Of a stretch of 64,000 nt of DNA, positions 29,818 to 38,730 are shown one piece after another; the stretch's first letter is position 1, and each line of letters starts with the position of its first letter. The stretch is from positions 138,506 to 202,505 of the IMG/VR virus record IMGVR_UViG_3300042691_041259; one strand, given 5' to 3'. Source of the DNA: a virus. Its lineage: Duplodnaviria; Caudoviricetes. The notes under the pieces were generated by a model. The model worked only from the letters and a program-made list of their open reading frames with translations, did not search any database and had not been told where the DNA came from. The position numbers and the translations under genes are program-made.

Positions 29818-30043
29818 TCTCTTGATCTTTAGCGTCTTTGGATTGGTATTCATCCTCGAGAGCCTGGACCAGCATTTCCATAACTTCGCCTCGGTTAGCG
29901 CTGTGGTTTTTGGCCATTGCTTCGAGATCTTGTCTCATCATTTTGATGTTGGCGAGACCTGTGTCTCCATTGTTCAACTGGACAATGATACAATCCCAAT
30001 CTTCATAGGATTTGTTGATGTAGTTTTTCTTTTCGGTACTCAT
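29804..30043 (-). CDS. Hypothetical protein
   Basis: 79 aa; first gene after a terminator and promoter motif. Confidence 0.65.
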   Translation of the reverse strand: MSTEKKNYINKSYEDWDCIIVQLNNGDTGLANIKMMRQDLEAMAKNHSANRGEVMEMLVQALEDEYQSKDAKDQENALS

Positions 30044-30064
30044 TGTAATATATGTTTGCTATAT

Positions 30065-30090
30065 TTATATTCGCTCATAGAAAAAAGTTT
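30065..30090 (-). promoter_or_regulatory. Bipartite promoter-like motif AAAC-N14-GAATATAA
   Basis: One of eight copies, all upstream of minus-strand starts. Confidence 0.7.
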
Positions 30091-30094
30091 TTTG

Positions 30095-30140
30095 CAAAAA
30101 AAGAAAGCCCCCGATGATAGCGAGTCCCGGGGGCTTAGTA
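30095..30140 (-). terminator. Intrinsic terminator
   Basis: AAGCCCCCG...CGGGGGCTT stem followed by a T-run on the minus strand. Confidence 0.75.
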
Positions 30141-30176
30141 GTTTTGCAACTACAACGGTCCTAAGTCCGTATATTT

Positions 30177-31322
30177 TTATTTATTGACTTTCTTCCACTT
30201 CTCAAGTCCACGAATAACACCGTTATTGTCTTGAGCCCAGATTCCGAATCTCGCATTTTCGAAACCAAAAGTTCCTCCTTGTCCGGATCTCATTGAAACG
30301 TATAAAGCTGGCCAATACGGATCCGATTGCTTAAGTTCTAGACTACCACCTGTGATAGCAGGGTTATACATTGCGTGCCCGGTAGGCTTTATGGAATACC
30401 CGTTTTCAAAAGGCTCCCCAGCAGGAATAAATTCAATTGCACCTTGCATGACAACCTGAACGTTATCAGCGGACCACTCTTTATTGCTAGTGGTTGCTAG
30501 GTTTCCAAAGATTGCACGAATTCCAAGATCTATGTGTTCTGGCGGTATTACCACAGCAAATTCGTTCTCTGGCCAATTCTTAGCGTTGCTCCCAAATTTT
30601 TCCATGATTGCGTTTAAGAAATCTCTCACAAATGGATGATCTGCGCATTGGCTAATCCCGCCATACTGCTGAAAGTCTTTTGCACTCTTTCCATCTTTAT
30701 GAGATATGTAGATTGAAGGATCGCCTTTGATTTCCAATATAAAGTCCGCCTTTGGAACGCCTGACACTTTATCAGCCCCTTCCATTTCAACTTCACGCAG
30801 ACCAGATGAATTATACATTTCGCCTTTTACAACAAGCCTAACAGATTCATTAGGTCCCTTGAGCTTGTCAAATTGACTTTGAATGTTTTGAAGAGCAATC
30901 GTCTCTTTTTTAAGTGAGTCTTTAGGTGACCAAAAAATTGCTTCAGGCTTGTAACCCATAAGGAATGCCACAAAGCAGATTGCTTTTTCGAATTTGTTTG
31001 TTGCGTCCTCTCCGTTTTTCAAGGCTTCCATTTCAGCGTTTAAATCTTTTCCGCTTTTTGGAAATTCTTCTAGACGGCTACCATCTTTACTGCTTCTAAT
31101 TTTGATAGTTGTCGGGTAAACGGTTACGTAGGCTTCACCACTCAAAACGGCTTTTGCTCCTGGGGAAGAGAAATTCTCCCCAGTTACAATAACCTTTTCG
31201 ATGTTCTTGGTATCGCCGCTATACTTGAAGTCTTCGAAAGATCTTCTCAAGGTCTCGCCGTCAACACCTTCGTTTAGAATTGATTCATTAAGAATAAAAC
31301 TTTTGTAGTCTAGCAAGCCCAT
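30177..31322 (-). CDS. Putative PD-(D/E)xK-like nuclease with capsid-targeting-like N-terminus
   Basis: PKADF-x9-ISHKDG...FQQYGGIS resembles a restriction-endonuclease-fold active site. N-terminus LDYKSFILNESILNE. Confidence 0.5.
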   Translation of the reverse strand: MGLLDYKSFILNESILNEGVDGETLRRSFEDFKYSGDTKNIEKVIVTGENFSSPGAKAVLSGEAYVTVYPTTIKIRSSKDGSRLEEFPKSGKDLNAEMEALKNGEDATNKFEKAICFVAFLMGYKPEAIFWSPKDSLKKETIALQNIQSQFDKLKGPNESVRLVVKGEMYNSSGLREVEMEGADKVSGVPKADFILEIKGDPSIYISHKDGKSAKDFQQYGGISQCADHPFVRDFLNAIMEKFGSNAKNWPENEFAVVIPPEHIDLGIRAIFGNLATTSNKEWSADNVQVVMQGAIEFIPAGEPFENGYSIKPTGHAMYNPAITGGSLELKQSDPYWPALYVSMRSGQGGTFGFENARFGIWAQDNNGVIRGLEKWKKVNK

Positions 31323-31385
31323 TCTGTGTACTTTTCTTTTTCTTTTTATGGTTATTTTATCACAATATTGTTAATGACTCTATGA

Positions 31386-31604
31386 TCACTCTATGATTAA
31401 CTCCGGTCCGCCGATGTACTCGGTAATACCGGATTTTGCAACGGAACGAATTTCATAGTCAAAAGTGGTTCCGCGGAAGCGGTCACGCACCTTTGCTTGG
31501 GATTCCTCAATTGTTTCTGCATTTACGAGGTATGTCTCAGTAACGCTACGGAGTTTTCCGTCGTCCTCATAACTTGTCTTTACTCTTACTGTCCAATGTG
31601 CCAT
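31386..31604 (-). CDS. DUF4494-like protein
   Basis: W-x-V-x-V-(x)n-VTETYLVNAETIEESQAKV...YEIRSVAKSGITEYI matches the Bacteroidota DUF4494 pattern. Confidence 0.7.
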   Translation of the reverse strand: MAHWTVRVKTSYEDDGKLRSVTETYLVNAETIEESQAKVRDRFRGTTFDYEIRSVAKSGITEYIGGPELIIE

Positions 31605-31624
31605 ATATGATTGTTTTAGTGTTG

Positions 31625-31635
31625 CTATATTTATC
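31625..31635 (-). promoter_or_regulatory. Late-promoter-like motif GATAAATATAG
   Basis: Upstream of the DUF4494-like gene, overlapping the end of the PAP2 gene. Confidence 0.5.
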
Positions 31636-33436
31636 CTTCCAATAAGTTGTTTTCAAAAATGATTTTGCAAATTTCTCGTGAAATCTCTGTATCTGACGGA
31701 TAGTGAATTCCAGTTAATTCGCGGGTGTTGGCAATTCTTTCTCCTAGCGCTTTCAGTTCTACTGTGGCATCCGGATACTTTCTCGAGTAGTATTCGCTCA
31801 TCATAAATCCAGCAAGCGCATGACCACTAGGATACGAAGCATGATTTGCATCAGTACTCAAAAGTGGGCGGATCGGCATATTGTAATACCAGCTCAACTG
31901 AAATGGTCTGGGACGATTGATTGAGTCTTTGAGAAAATAAAGAGTTGGGTCGGTTTGGCCATCTGCTTTAAAAAAGTTTTCCATGGTTTCTACATATCCG
32001 TACTCCGCTAGGAGATCAATAAATGATTGAGCCAAATTTGAAAAGTCTTCTACATATTTTGCAAATGAGAGTTCTTCTTGAGTTGCATTTTTCATTTTCT
32101 CAATAAGAATTTCCATATCTTTGCGTGTAATCTCGCTGTCATTAGCAGGCGCCTCTGCACATATCTTTTCTGCAATGCCTTTTTCAATGAACCAATTCTT
32201 AATGCGGTCATCAGGCCGTTGCGCTAACAAAAATTGTTCAGCCGCGCAATTTCCGTATCGCACCTCATTAATGTTAATAGGCGCGTCAACTACACCATAT
32301 TGCGCTTCGTAGACTTCTGTTTTCTTTTTCTTACCTTTATCAGGGCCGCCTTCATGCGGTATCATACCCTGTGCAATAAGAGAAGTTTTTACGCCAAAAG
32401 GGATTTCTTTTCCGGCTTCATATTCCGCCTTATACTTTTGTAGAGTCTCCTCTTTGTACGGTGATTCTTTCTCGTTAACAAATTCTTCAAAAGTCTGAAA
32501 GGATTCCCATGATCTCATAATTTGTTTTCCAGACCTCTCAAAGTTTCCGGAAAAAGAGAGAACATAACCTTCCGGCGTTTCAATAAGCCGGTATTTTTCT
32601 CGAGTGTTTAGTTTTTTGAACGCCTTTTCAATGTATGCCAAGTAGAGCTTTCCTCTGCGCGAGTCTCTGCCAGCCTGACCTTCTTTATCGGTCTTAGGGT
32701 TCATCTGAAATTCAGCAATTCGTACCAGACCGGGAATGCTTATTATCGTGTTAATAAAGTCCAGTGCGCATTCAGTAACAGTAGCCAACACGCGGTATTG
32801 TTCTCCCAGATTAGTCTCGGGTTCTACTTTGGCGCTTCTCGCCGATTCCACGTTAAAAGACGATCCTAGCCACATTGAAAAACTTTTGAAATCGGGCTGC
32901 TTTCGTCCAAACTGAAAGTTCCTGCCAATCAGCCCTTCAATCTTCATGTAGTAGGTCTCTCCGGTTTTGTCCGATTTGAAAGAGTACTCTACTGGCGATA
33001 CTCGGGTATACATTTCATCAGTAGATCCTTGAAGCGGATTGTCTTTGGCTTTATCGCATTCCTCCTGTACCCAGCTCTTCACATTTTTATTTACTGTCCA
33101 CTTGAAAGGATTTGTAGAGTCGCCGATCTCATTGAGAACACCTTCGCTCTCTAGGAGGTCTTCTCGACCCAATTGTCGATACACTTCTTTACGAGTCTTC
33201 TCCATTTTTTCAGCATAATCAGGATCATCATTCCGATTAAACACAATCTGCTGAGTAAGACTGCCACTAATCTTCTTTAAATCCTTGTCTCGAGTTTTGA
33301 TAAGCCATGCTGCAAGGTCCTTGATACTCAGGTCACGAAAGCGCCCTTCTGCATCCGGCGCATCGCTGTCTTTCCACTTGGGAGCGCCTGCTGGCTTTTT
33401 TTCATTCAAAAAGTCGTTAAAAGATACGTGTTTCAT
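31631..33436 (-). CDS. Multidomain protein with C-terminal PAP2 acid phosphatase/haloperoxidase domain
   Basis: KDSINRPRP, SYPSGHA and RELTGIHYPSD are the three PAP2 motifs. Capsid-targeting-like motifs at the N-terminus (MKHVSFNDFLNE) and internally (FQTFEEFVNE). Confidence 0.8.
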   Translation of the reverse strand: MKHVSFNDFLNEKKPAGAPKWKDSDAPDAEGRFRDLSIKDLAAWLIKTRDKDLKKISGSLTQQIVFNRNDDPDYAEKMEKTRKEVYRQLGREDLLESEGVLNEIGDSTNPFKWTVNKNVKSWVQEECDKAKDNPLQGSTDEMYTRVSPVEYSFKSDKTGETYYMKIEGLIGRNFQFGRKQPDFKSFSMWLGSSFNVESARSAKVEPETNLGEQYRVLATVTECALDFINTIISIPGLVRIAEFQMNPKTDKEGQAGRDSRRGKLYLAYIEKAFKKLNTREKYRLIETPEGYVLSFSGNFERSGKQIMRSWESFQTFEEFVNEKESPYKEETLQKYKAEYEAGKEIPFGVKTSLIAQGMIPHEGGPDKGKKKKTEVYEAQYGVVDAPININEVRYGNCAAEQFLLAQRPDDRIKNWFIEKGIAEKICAEAPANDSEITRKDMEILIEKMKNATQEELSFAKYVEDFSNLAQSFIDLLAEYGYVETMENFFKADGQTDPTLYFLKDSINRPRPFQLSWYYNMPIRPLLSTDANHASYPSGHALAGFMMSEYYSRKYPDATVELKALGERIANTRELTGIHYPSDTEISREICKIIFENNLLEG

Positions 33437-33442
33437 GAAATT

Positions 33443-33820
33443 TTATTGAGGATCTTTGTTTTTACATTGGCAGCCTTCTGTGCAACCACATTCTTCTGAA
33501 ATAGCAACCTCCTCAGAGGGAACCTGCGGAGTTTCCACCACAGGTTCCTCGTTCTTTGGAGAAGAAAGAGCCTCTTTGATTCCTTTTTTCATATCGGAGA
33601 ATCGATCAATGGATGACAATCCTAGGCAACCGAAAGCCAGGAGAGCCACCGCATCAATGATGTGTTCGTCCGGAGCTTTTTCCAGGAAGAGACATACACA
33701 GAGGCTTGCACCGCAAGCTACTCCTACAATTCTCTTGGATGATGGAAGTTTATTGGAATCTTCAAAGATACCAAAGATCCAATTTTTGATAGAATCAAAA
33801 AACTTAATCAAGGCTTTCAT
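33443..33820 (-). CDS. Small membrane protein, possible holin
   Basis: SSKRIVG followed by two hydrophobic segments and a charged tail. Confidence 0.45.
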   Translation of the reverse strand: MKALIKFFDSIKNWIFGIFEDSNKLPSSKRIVGVACGASLCVCLFLEKAPDEHIIDAVALLAFGCLGLSSIDRFSDMKKGIKEALSSPKNEEPVVETPQVPSEEVAISEECGCTEGCQCKNKDPQ

Positions 33821-34167
33821 TTCTTTGCAGTCTTTTTATCAACTAATCTGTAAATGGTGTATTCTTCTTGACGAGCTTGATTCCGTGCAACTAAATCTCC
33901 GGTAGGCATTATTGTGTATTCCACAGCCTCTCCAAAGTCGTTAATGCAATAGTAACGATGGTTTCGTTTTTCTACCACATTTTTTGGAATATCAAACCCG
34001 TCCTCCCATTTTACTAGAGTAGAGTCTCCGCAAACCCACATTCCTTTATCGGGAAGAGTTCTGCGTTTAATGCCATCCCAATCAATCACTTGATTGTAGT
34101 ACAGCGTGTCTTGTCCCAGCGAAAAAAGTGTCATCGCCATGAACGTCATTGAAAGAATAATTTTCAT
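33817..34167 (-). CDS. Secreted hypothetical protein
   Basis: MKIILSMTFMAMTLFSLG-QD resembles a Sec signal peptide. Confidence 0.6.
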   Translation of the reverse strand: MKIILSMTFMAMTLFSLGQDTLYYNQVIDWDGIKRRTLPDKGMWVCGDSTLVKWEDGFDIPKNVVEKRNHRYYCINDFGEAVEYTIMPTGDLVARNQARQEEYTIYRLVDKKTAKK

Positions 34168-35239
34168 TGAGTAATTGTTTAATTTTTGATGTGTAATCCG
34201 CTACCAGTGCTTTGACCTTATCGGCCGCTGCCTGCGCTGCGGGTGTCGTAATCTTATCAAATTTACTGCTACTTGCAGCAGTTTCCATCTTTTCAATATA
34301 GCGGTCTTTTACCGCGTTTAGTAAAGCCGTTGCGCTATTATATTTCAAAACTGTGCCAAATTCGCCAAGCTGTTCCAGAGTCTGTGCTACACCTACAATG
34401 CCATCGCAAAGATCCTCAAATCTAGGATTTGCTGGATCAATACCTTTCCAGGAAGAGAGTTTACTGCTTTCCTTGTATGGTTTATCAGTTCCGCTTTGTT
34501 CCCAAAAGAACTTGGCAATATCATGCATAAAGGTAGAGATATTGGCTGATAGAAGTTTATCTTCTACGCCAGCCCGCTTGCTATAGGCCACCATTGAGGT
34601 TCCTGCAAACTTGGCCCGTACTCCACGAGGCTGTATGCTTAATTCCAAGACTTCTCCAAATGAGGAGTATAGGTTTCCCAGAACAAATCCTTTTACGTTT
34701 CGGATTGGAGTCATTCTAAAAATTGCCCACTCTTTATAGCCGCTATGCGTAACTACCAAATCAACTTGTACCCAACCTTCACCTTCAGGTGTTTCCACCT
34801 GCATAATAAGCTTTAGCGAACTTGGGTCAGAGACTGATACAGTTTCTTCATAATCAATGAACGCGTAGGACTTATTTTTTAAAAATTGCAACAGCTCTTT
34901 GTTATAGAGTTTTACTGATGCAATCTCATTAGAACGCTCGTCCTTTCCATCAAGTTCCAGCGTAGGATATGCTACCATGAAGTCAATATCTCCATAAACC
35001 TTGTCAGGCTGCGAGACGATATCATCTTCATACCAGGTTCCACTGCCGATAGGTTTGCTAAATTCCAGCGGAGGCAATTCAATGCCTTTACAGTGAATTG
35101 CAAACTCTTTCCCTATGACGTTAAGTTTCTTTACGCCATCCGCGATGATCTTGGGTTTGATGAGGGTGGACTGAGTTTTTGTGCTCGCCCATCCACCCTC
35201 AACTAGCCATTGCTCAAAAAGTTTGACGTAATTGGCCAT
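34082..35239 (-). CDS. Pol-beta-superfamily nucleotidyltransferase with capsid-targeting-like N-terminus
   Basis: IGSG-(x)n-GDID and QVDLV catalytic motifs; starts MANYVKLFEQWLVEGG. Confidence 0.65.
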   Translation of the reverse strand: MANYVKLFEQWLVEGGWASTKTQSTLIKPKIIADGVKKLNVIGKEFAIHCKGIELPPLEFSKPIGSGTWYEDDIVSQPDKVYGDIDFMVAYPTLELDGKDERSNEIASVKLYNKELLQFLKNKSYAFIDYEETVSVSDPSSLKLIMQVETPEGEGWVQVDLVVTHSGYKEWAIFRMTPIRNVKGFVLGNLYSSFGEVLELSIQPRGVRAKFAGTSMVAYSKRAGVEDKLLSANISTFMHDIAKFFWEQSGTDKPYKESSKLSSWKGIDPANPRFEDLCDGIVGVAQTLEQLGEFGTVLKYNSATALLNAVKDRYIEKMETAASSSKFDKITTPAAQAAADKVKALVADYTSKIKQLLNENYSFNDVHGDDTFFAGTRHAVLQSSD

Positions 35240-35246
35240 CTCAATT

Positions 35247-35798
35247 TTATTTTTCTTCAGCTACTACTACAGCAACCACCGGTTCTTCTGCGGGAGCAGA
35301 TTGATCAACTACATTCTCTTGACCGTAAACATCCTGATTCACTTGGTGAGTGATTGGAACATTACGGAGAACTTCTGAACCCAACATATTATTATAGCTT
35401 GGGTACAGAGCAAAATTTTCTGAAAGGAAGCTTTCAAAGTCCATCACAGACTCATTGGTCTTCTTTTTCTCAGCAATCTTATAGGTTTTGCCTTTAAATT
35501 CAAATTCCTCTTTTCCTTCCAGTTTAGCCTTGTGAAGAGCACTGTGGAATGCGCTTTCAGAAACCTCGTCCTCTTCAAGTTCATCCTCAACATCGTCGTT
35601 GGTATCATCTGCTTGGTCAGACGCTGGAGTATCGCTATCTTCAGCCTTTTCGGGTTCTGCTTCCGGTTCATCAGCAGTATCTTCAGCAGGTGTATCTGTA
35701 TCTGCTGCTGGAGCATTCTTGGTTTCTGGCTCTCTTTCAGAATCCGCCGCGGGATTCTCATCAGCCATGAATTCGTCGAACTTTTTTACGTGTTTCAT
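35247..35798 (-). CDS. Acidic internal head-like protein
   Basis: MKHVKKFDEFMADE start, D/E/A/P-rich linker, AKLEGKEEFEFKGKTYKI module, second MDFESFLSE motif. Confidence 0.7.
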   Translation of the reverse strand: MKHVKKFDEFMADENPAADSEREPETKNAPAADTDTPAEDTADEPEAEPEKAEDSDTPASDQADDTNDDVEDELEEDEVSESAFHSALHKAKLEGKEEFEFKGKTYKIAEKKKTNESVMDFESFLSENFALYPSYNNMLGSEVLRNVPITHQVNQDVYGQENVVDQSAPAEEPVVAVVVAEEK

Positions 35799-35829
35799 TT
35801 ATGTGTCTTTTTTTAGAAAATTACCTAGA

Positions 35830-35838
35830 CTATATATC
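35830..35838 (-). promoter_or_regulatory. Late-promoter-like motif GATATATAG
   Basis: Between a terminator and the 35798 start. Confidence 0.6.
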
Positions 35839-35850
35839 TAGGAGCACCAC

Positions 35851-35880
35851 ATAAAAAAAGGCTGGGCATAAACCCAGCCT
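35851..35880 (-). terminator. Intrinsic terminator
   Basis: AGGCTGGG/CCCAGCCT stem followed by a T-run on the minus strand. Confidence 0.8.
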
Positions 35881-35901
35881 ACAAGTGTGTTAATCGAGCG
35901 G

Positions 35902-37035
35902 TTAGAACATAGTTTCCATGCGCTTATACTCAACCTTTACGGGAGTTGCAACGTCTTCCAAATCAAGCTCTTGTTTAAACAAAAGGTTGGAAGCCTGAAT
36001 TTGCAGTTTCAAACGATCTTCATGATCCATTTTTACCATGTCTGGGTGTGAAGCCAACCATGTGAGATGGTTAAAGAAGTCGTATGCATTGATTCCGCTA
36101 TTTGCGGTAGTTTTCCACTTGTGACTCTTGGCTTTGATATCCAAACCGTACGCTTGATAGAATGGCTTTTCATCAAAGTATTTTCCAATCAGCGAATCAT
36201 AACGGCCATTCTCATTACGGCTTTCAAAGAAATTCTTGTAAGCATAGAATTCAGCAAGAGACGCATTGTTAGATTTGAGGTGGGTTACCGCCTGGTTAAG
36301 CATAACTGGGATATCGCCATTACGATCAACAATTGCTTTACGAATGGCTTGTTCAATCTTTTGGTTGTTATACTTCTGCTTGCTGATGTCAGTGCCAAAA
36401 CCATACTGTCGAGCAGTATTACCGTTTGAGCAAACAAGTCGTTCAAAGAACGGAGCGTAATTGAAATAGAGACCAGAGAATGTGAAACGCTGGCCGCCTT
36501 TCCACATATCCAATCCAGTATTGAATACATCAAGTTCAGTGTCCTGCTCCAGAAGAGTCAAAGTAAACTTGTCTTCTTTATCGTTGAAGTGGAAGTCTTT
36601 CAAGGAGTATTCCTTTTCGCTTTCACCCAATGAATTAGTCAACCAGTTGAAATAGTTCTCATAGTTTACCTGATCGTCAGAACGCTTTTTGTTCTCATTG
36701 GCATCATATGCCCAAGAGATTTCGCGGGTTTCGCCTTCGCCTGTGATAGCACCGTGAAGTTTTACCTCGCCTTCAGCCTGCTTTAACTTATATGAAACAG
36801 CTGACCAATCCTCGGGAGACATTTTGTGGCCAATTTCCGCAAAATTCTTTTTTACGCGGAGTGTGCCAAGAATTTTGGCAGCTGCCTGGCCACGTACCGG
36901 AATACCGCGAAGGGAAATTCCCTGTTCAAAATCAAGGTCTCGAAGAGAGAACTCAGTGAAACTACGATCCTTTTTTCCAGAAAGAATAGTCTCAGACTTC
37001 TCTCGGATTTGTTCGATGACTTTAGTATTGTTCAT
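35902..37035 (-). CDS. DUF932-like protein
   Basis: FFERLVCSNG motif characteristic of DUF932/DUF945. Confidence 0.6.
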   Translation of the reverse strand: MNNTKVIEQIREKSETILSGKKDRSFTEFSLRDLDFEQGISLRGIPVRGQAAAKILGTLRVKKNFAEIGHKMSPEDWSAVSYKLKQAEGEVKLHGAITGEGETREISWAYDANENKKRSDDQVNYENYFNWLTNSLGESEKEYSLKDFHFNDKEDKFTLTLLEQDTELDVFNTGLDMWKGGQRFTFSGLYFNYAPFFERLVCSNGNTARQYGFGTDISKQKYNNQKIEQAIRKAIVDRNGDIPVMLNQAVTHLKSNNASLAEFYAYKNFFESRNENGRYDSLIGKYFDEKPFYQAYGLDIKAKSHKWKTTANSGINAYDFFNHLTWLASHPDMVKMDHEDRLKLQIQASNLLFKQELDLEDVATPVKVEYKRMETMF

Positions 37036-37053
37036 TTTTGAATTATTTGATGA

Positions 37054-37080
37054 TTATATTCGTTAAGTGATTAAGGTTTT
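37054..37080 (-). promoter_or_regulatory. Bipartite promoter-like motif AAAC-N14-GAATATAA
   Basis: Upstream of the DUF932-like gene. Confidence 0.7.
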
Positions 37081-37487
37081 CTCAACTTAATAACATTTAA
37101 TTCCTGCGTGTAGTATTCCGTTTGATAGCTTCCCATTTCAACCTGTAAGTTTTGAGCTCGTGAAGAATCATATGAAGCAATATGCTTTTCAATTCGAGGC
37201 TCTTCCTCAGTGTCAAAACGAGCGTCCATTTCTCGAAGTACGTATATCGGAAGTTTGATCTTTTCAGAAAGTTTGAGGATCTTTTCGCCATCAAAAGTTA
37301 GGTCCAAATCTCCATGCCAAATTTTAGAGAACCCATCGCCTTCGGGAACTATTAAATTTGCATTGAAAAGCGCAACATTTTCTGGATATGTTTTGCAATA
37401 ACCCGACTTAGAGCCAGTCATCATTCTGCCTGGAAGACCTACCGTGATCTCCAGGATTTTGTTACTTACTGTTGTTTGCGTATTCAT
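37071..37487 (-). CDS. Hypothetical protein
   Basis: 138 aa ORF tiling the operon. Confidence 0.6.
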   Translation of the reverse strand: MNTQTTVSNKILEITVGLPGRMMTGSKSGYCKTYPENVALFNANLIVPEGDGFSKIWHGDLDLTFDGEKILKLSEKIKLPIYVLREMDARFDTEEEPRIEKHIASYDSSRAQNLQVEMGSYQTEYYTQELNVIKLRKP

Positions 37488-38016
37488 TTTCTACAGGTTC
37501 AAATTTAAAATTGTAAACTCTTAAAGCGTATTTGTTGACCAACTTCTTTCCGGTATTGTAACAGCCGAAAACAGTTTTCCAGTCGCCGTATTTATCGTGC
37601 AGGTATCGAAGGAGTTTCATGCTCGTTCTTACATTAAATTCAATGTCGTTTTTCAAACGCTTATTGGTAAAAGTAGAATCAGGCCACATCCATCGTGCAG
37701 TGGCCGGCATAATCTGCATTGGACCAAGAGCACCTGCACTAGAACCTTGAGCGTGATTGTACTTCCAGTGAAAAGGGCCTTGATATCCAGTCTCCTCGTG
37801 TGCTATTCCATAGGCATAACTTCTTGGAACATTATATTCCACGGAGTACTTTTCAAGGTAATAATAAAGTTGCAAACATGGTGGAGAATCTTTTGTGACA
37901 GATGTGACTTGCGGAAGGTTTTCTACAGTAGGCGCCTCAGTTGTTGCTTTTGCTGCAAGTATTGCAACAAAGGACAACGTAATACCTAAAGAAATGATAA
38001 GATGTTCTAGTTTCAT
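37462..38016 (-). CDS. Lytic transglycosylase (SLT) with N-terminal hydrophobic anchor
   Basis: IAHEETG catalytic Glu, GALGPMQIMPATA, NVRTSMKLLRYL and WKTVFGCYNTG motifs. Confidence 0.85.
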   Translation of the reverse strand: MKLEHLIISLGITLSFVAILAAKATTEAPTVENLPQVTSVTKDSPPCLQLYYYLEKYSVEYNVPRSYAYGIAHEETGYQGPFHWKYNHAQGSSAGALGPMQIMPATARWMWPDSTFTNKRLKNDIEFNVRTSMKLLRYLHDKYGDWKTVFGCYNTGKKLVNKYALRVYNFKFEPVENEYANNSK

Positions 38017-38039
38017 AGTTTAAGTTTTAAGTGGAACAA

Positions 38040-38414
38040 TTAAGACAACGACTTGCTGCGAACCAGTTTCCCTAGTTCGTTTTCATTAGAAATATGATGA
38101 ATCTCTTCGGAAGTAATAATTACGTCCTTGAATTTGGCTTTGCTAATCTCACGAAATTCAGGAAACATTTCGCAAACATACTCAAAGTTTCCAAACTTAT
38201 AGTCGGTCTGCATAAAGTCACCGTACTCCACCAGGATATGGTATAGTGGACCATTGTCGCTCCAACCAGATTTCATAATGTGTACTGACATTGGTTCTTC
38301 AGACTCGGGTACTAGAGTGTGAGAAATTTGGCTAATGCCTTTGCGAAACGGAATGTTAAACTCGTGAGTTGTAGTTGTTCCGTCTGGATTTTGTGAGGTT
38401 TCTGTGACTTTCAT
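38040..38414 (-). CDS. Hypothetical protein
   Basis: 124 aa ORF in operon. Confidence 0.6.
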   Translation of the reverse strand: MKVTETSQNPDGTTTTHEFNIPFRKGISQISHTLVPESEEPMSVHIMKSGWSDNGPLYHILVEYGDFMQTDYKFGNFEYVCEMFPEFREISKAKFKDVIITSEEIHHISNENELGKLVRSKSLS

Positions 38415-38418
38415 AAGA

Positions 38419-38694
38419 TTAGTTTTCTGAGATGATTACTGTACCGCTAACTTCAATCAATTTTCCAGTTTTGGAATCCGTGAAATAGTATCCATCAGAA
38501 TGCTCTTCGCTGATGACTTTGCCGCTTGAAACATAAGTGATGATAGTGTCTGGACCAAGAACCTGAACGGTAAAAGAATTCCCGTAGCCTCCGATCTTTC
38601 CCATTGTTGCGTCAGTGCAAGAAGAGAGTCCAAGCGTTATCATAAGTATTCCTACTGCTGAAACGGCTGAAGTTGTAAAGATGATTTTTTTCAT
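38419..38694 (-). CDS. Putative lipoprotein
   Basis: Signal peptide ending in the lipobox LSSC. Confidence 0.7.
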   Translation of the reverse strand: MKKIIFTTSAVSAVGILMITLGLSSCTDATMGKIGGYGNSFTVQVLGPDTIITYVSSGKVISEEHSDGYYFTDSKTGKLIEVSGTVIISEN

Positions 38695-38705
38695 TTTGTT
38701 TTAAT

Positions 38706-38730
38706 TTGATAGGATAAAAATAATACAAAA
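38706..38730 (-). promoter_or_regulatory. 25-bp conserved upstream element (copy 1)
   Basis: TTTTGTATTATTTTTATCCTATCAA on the minus strand, identical to 57586-57610. Confidence 0.7.

Noticed and set aside
30140-30172. Small hairpin GTAGTT-GCAA-AACTAC before the terminator
   Set aside because: Too short and AT-rich to support a separate RNA; probably part of the 3' UTR.
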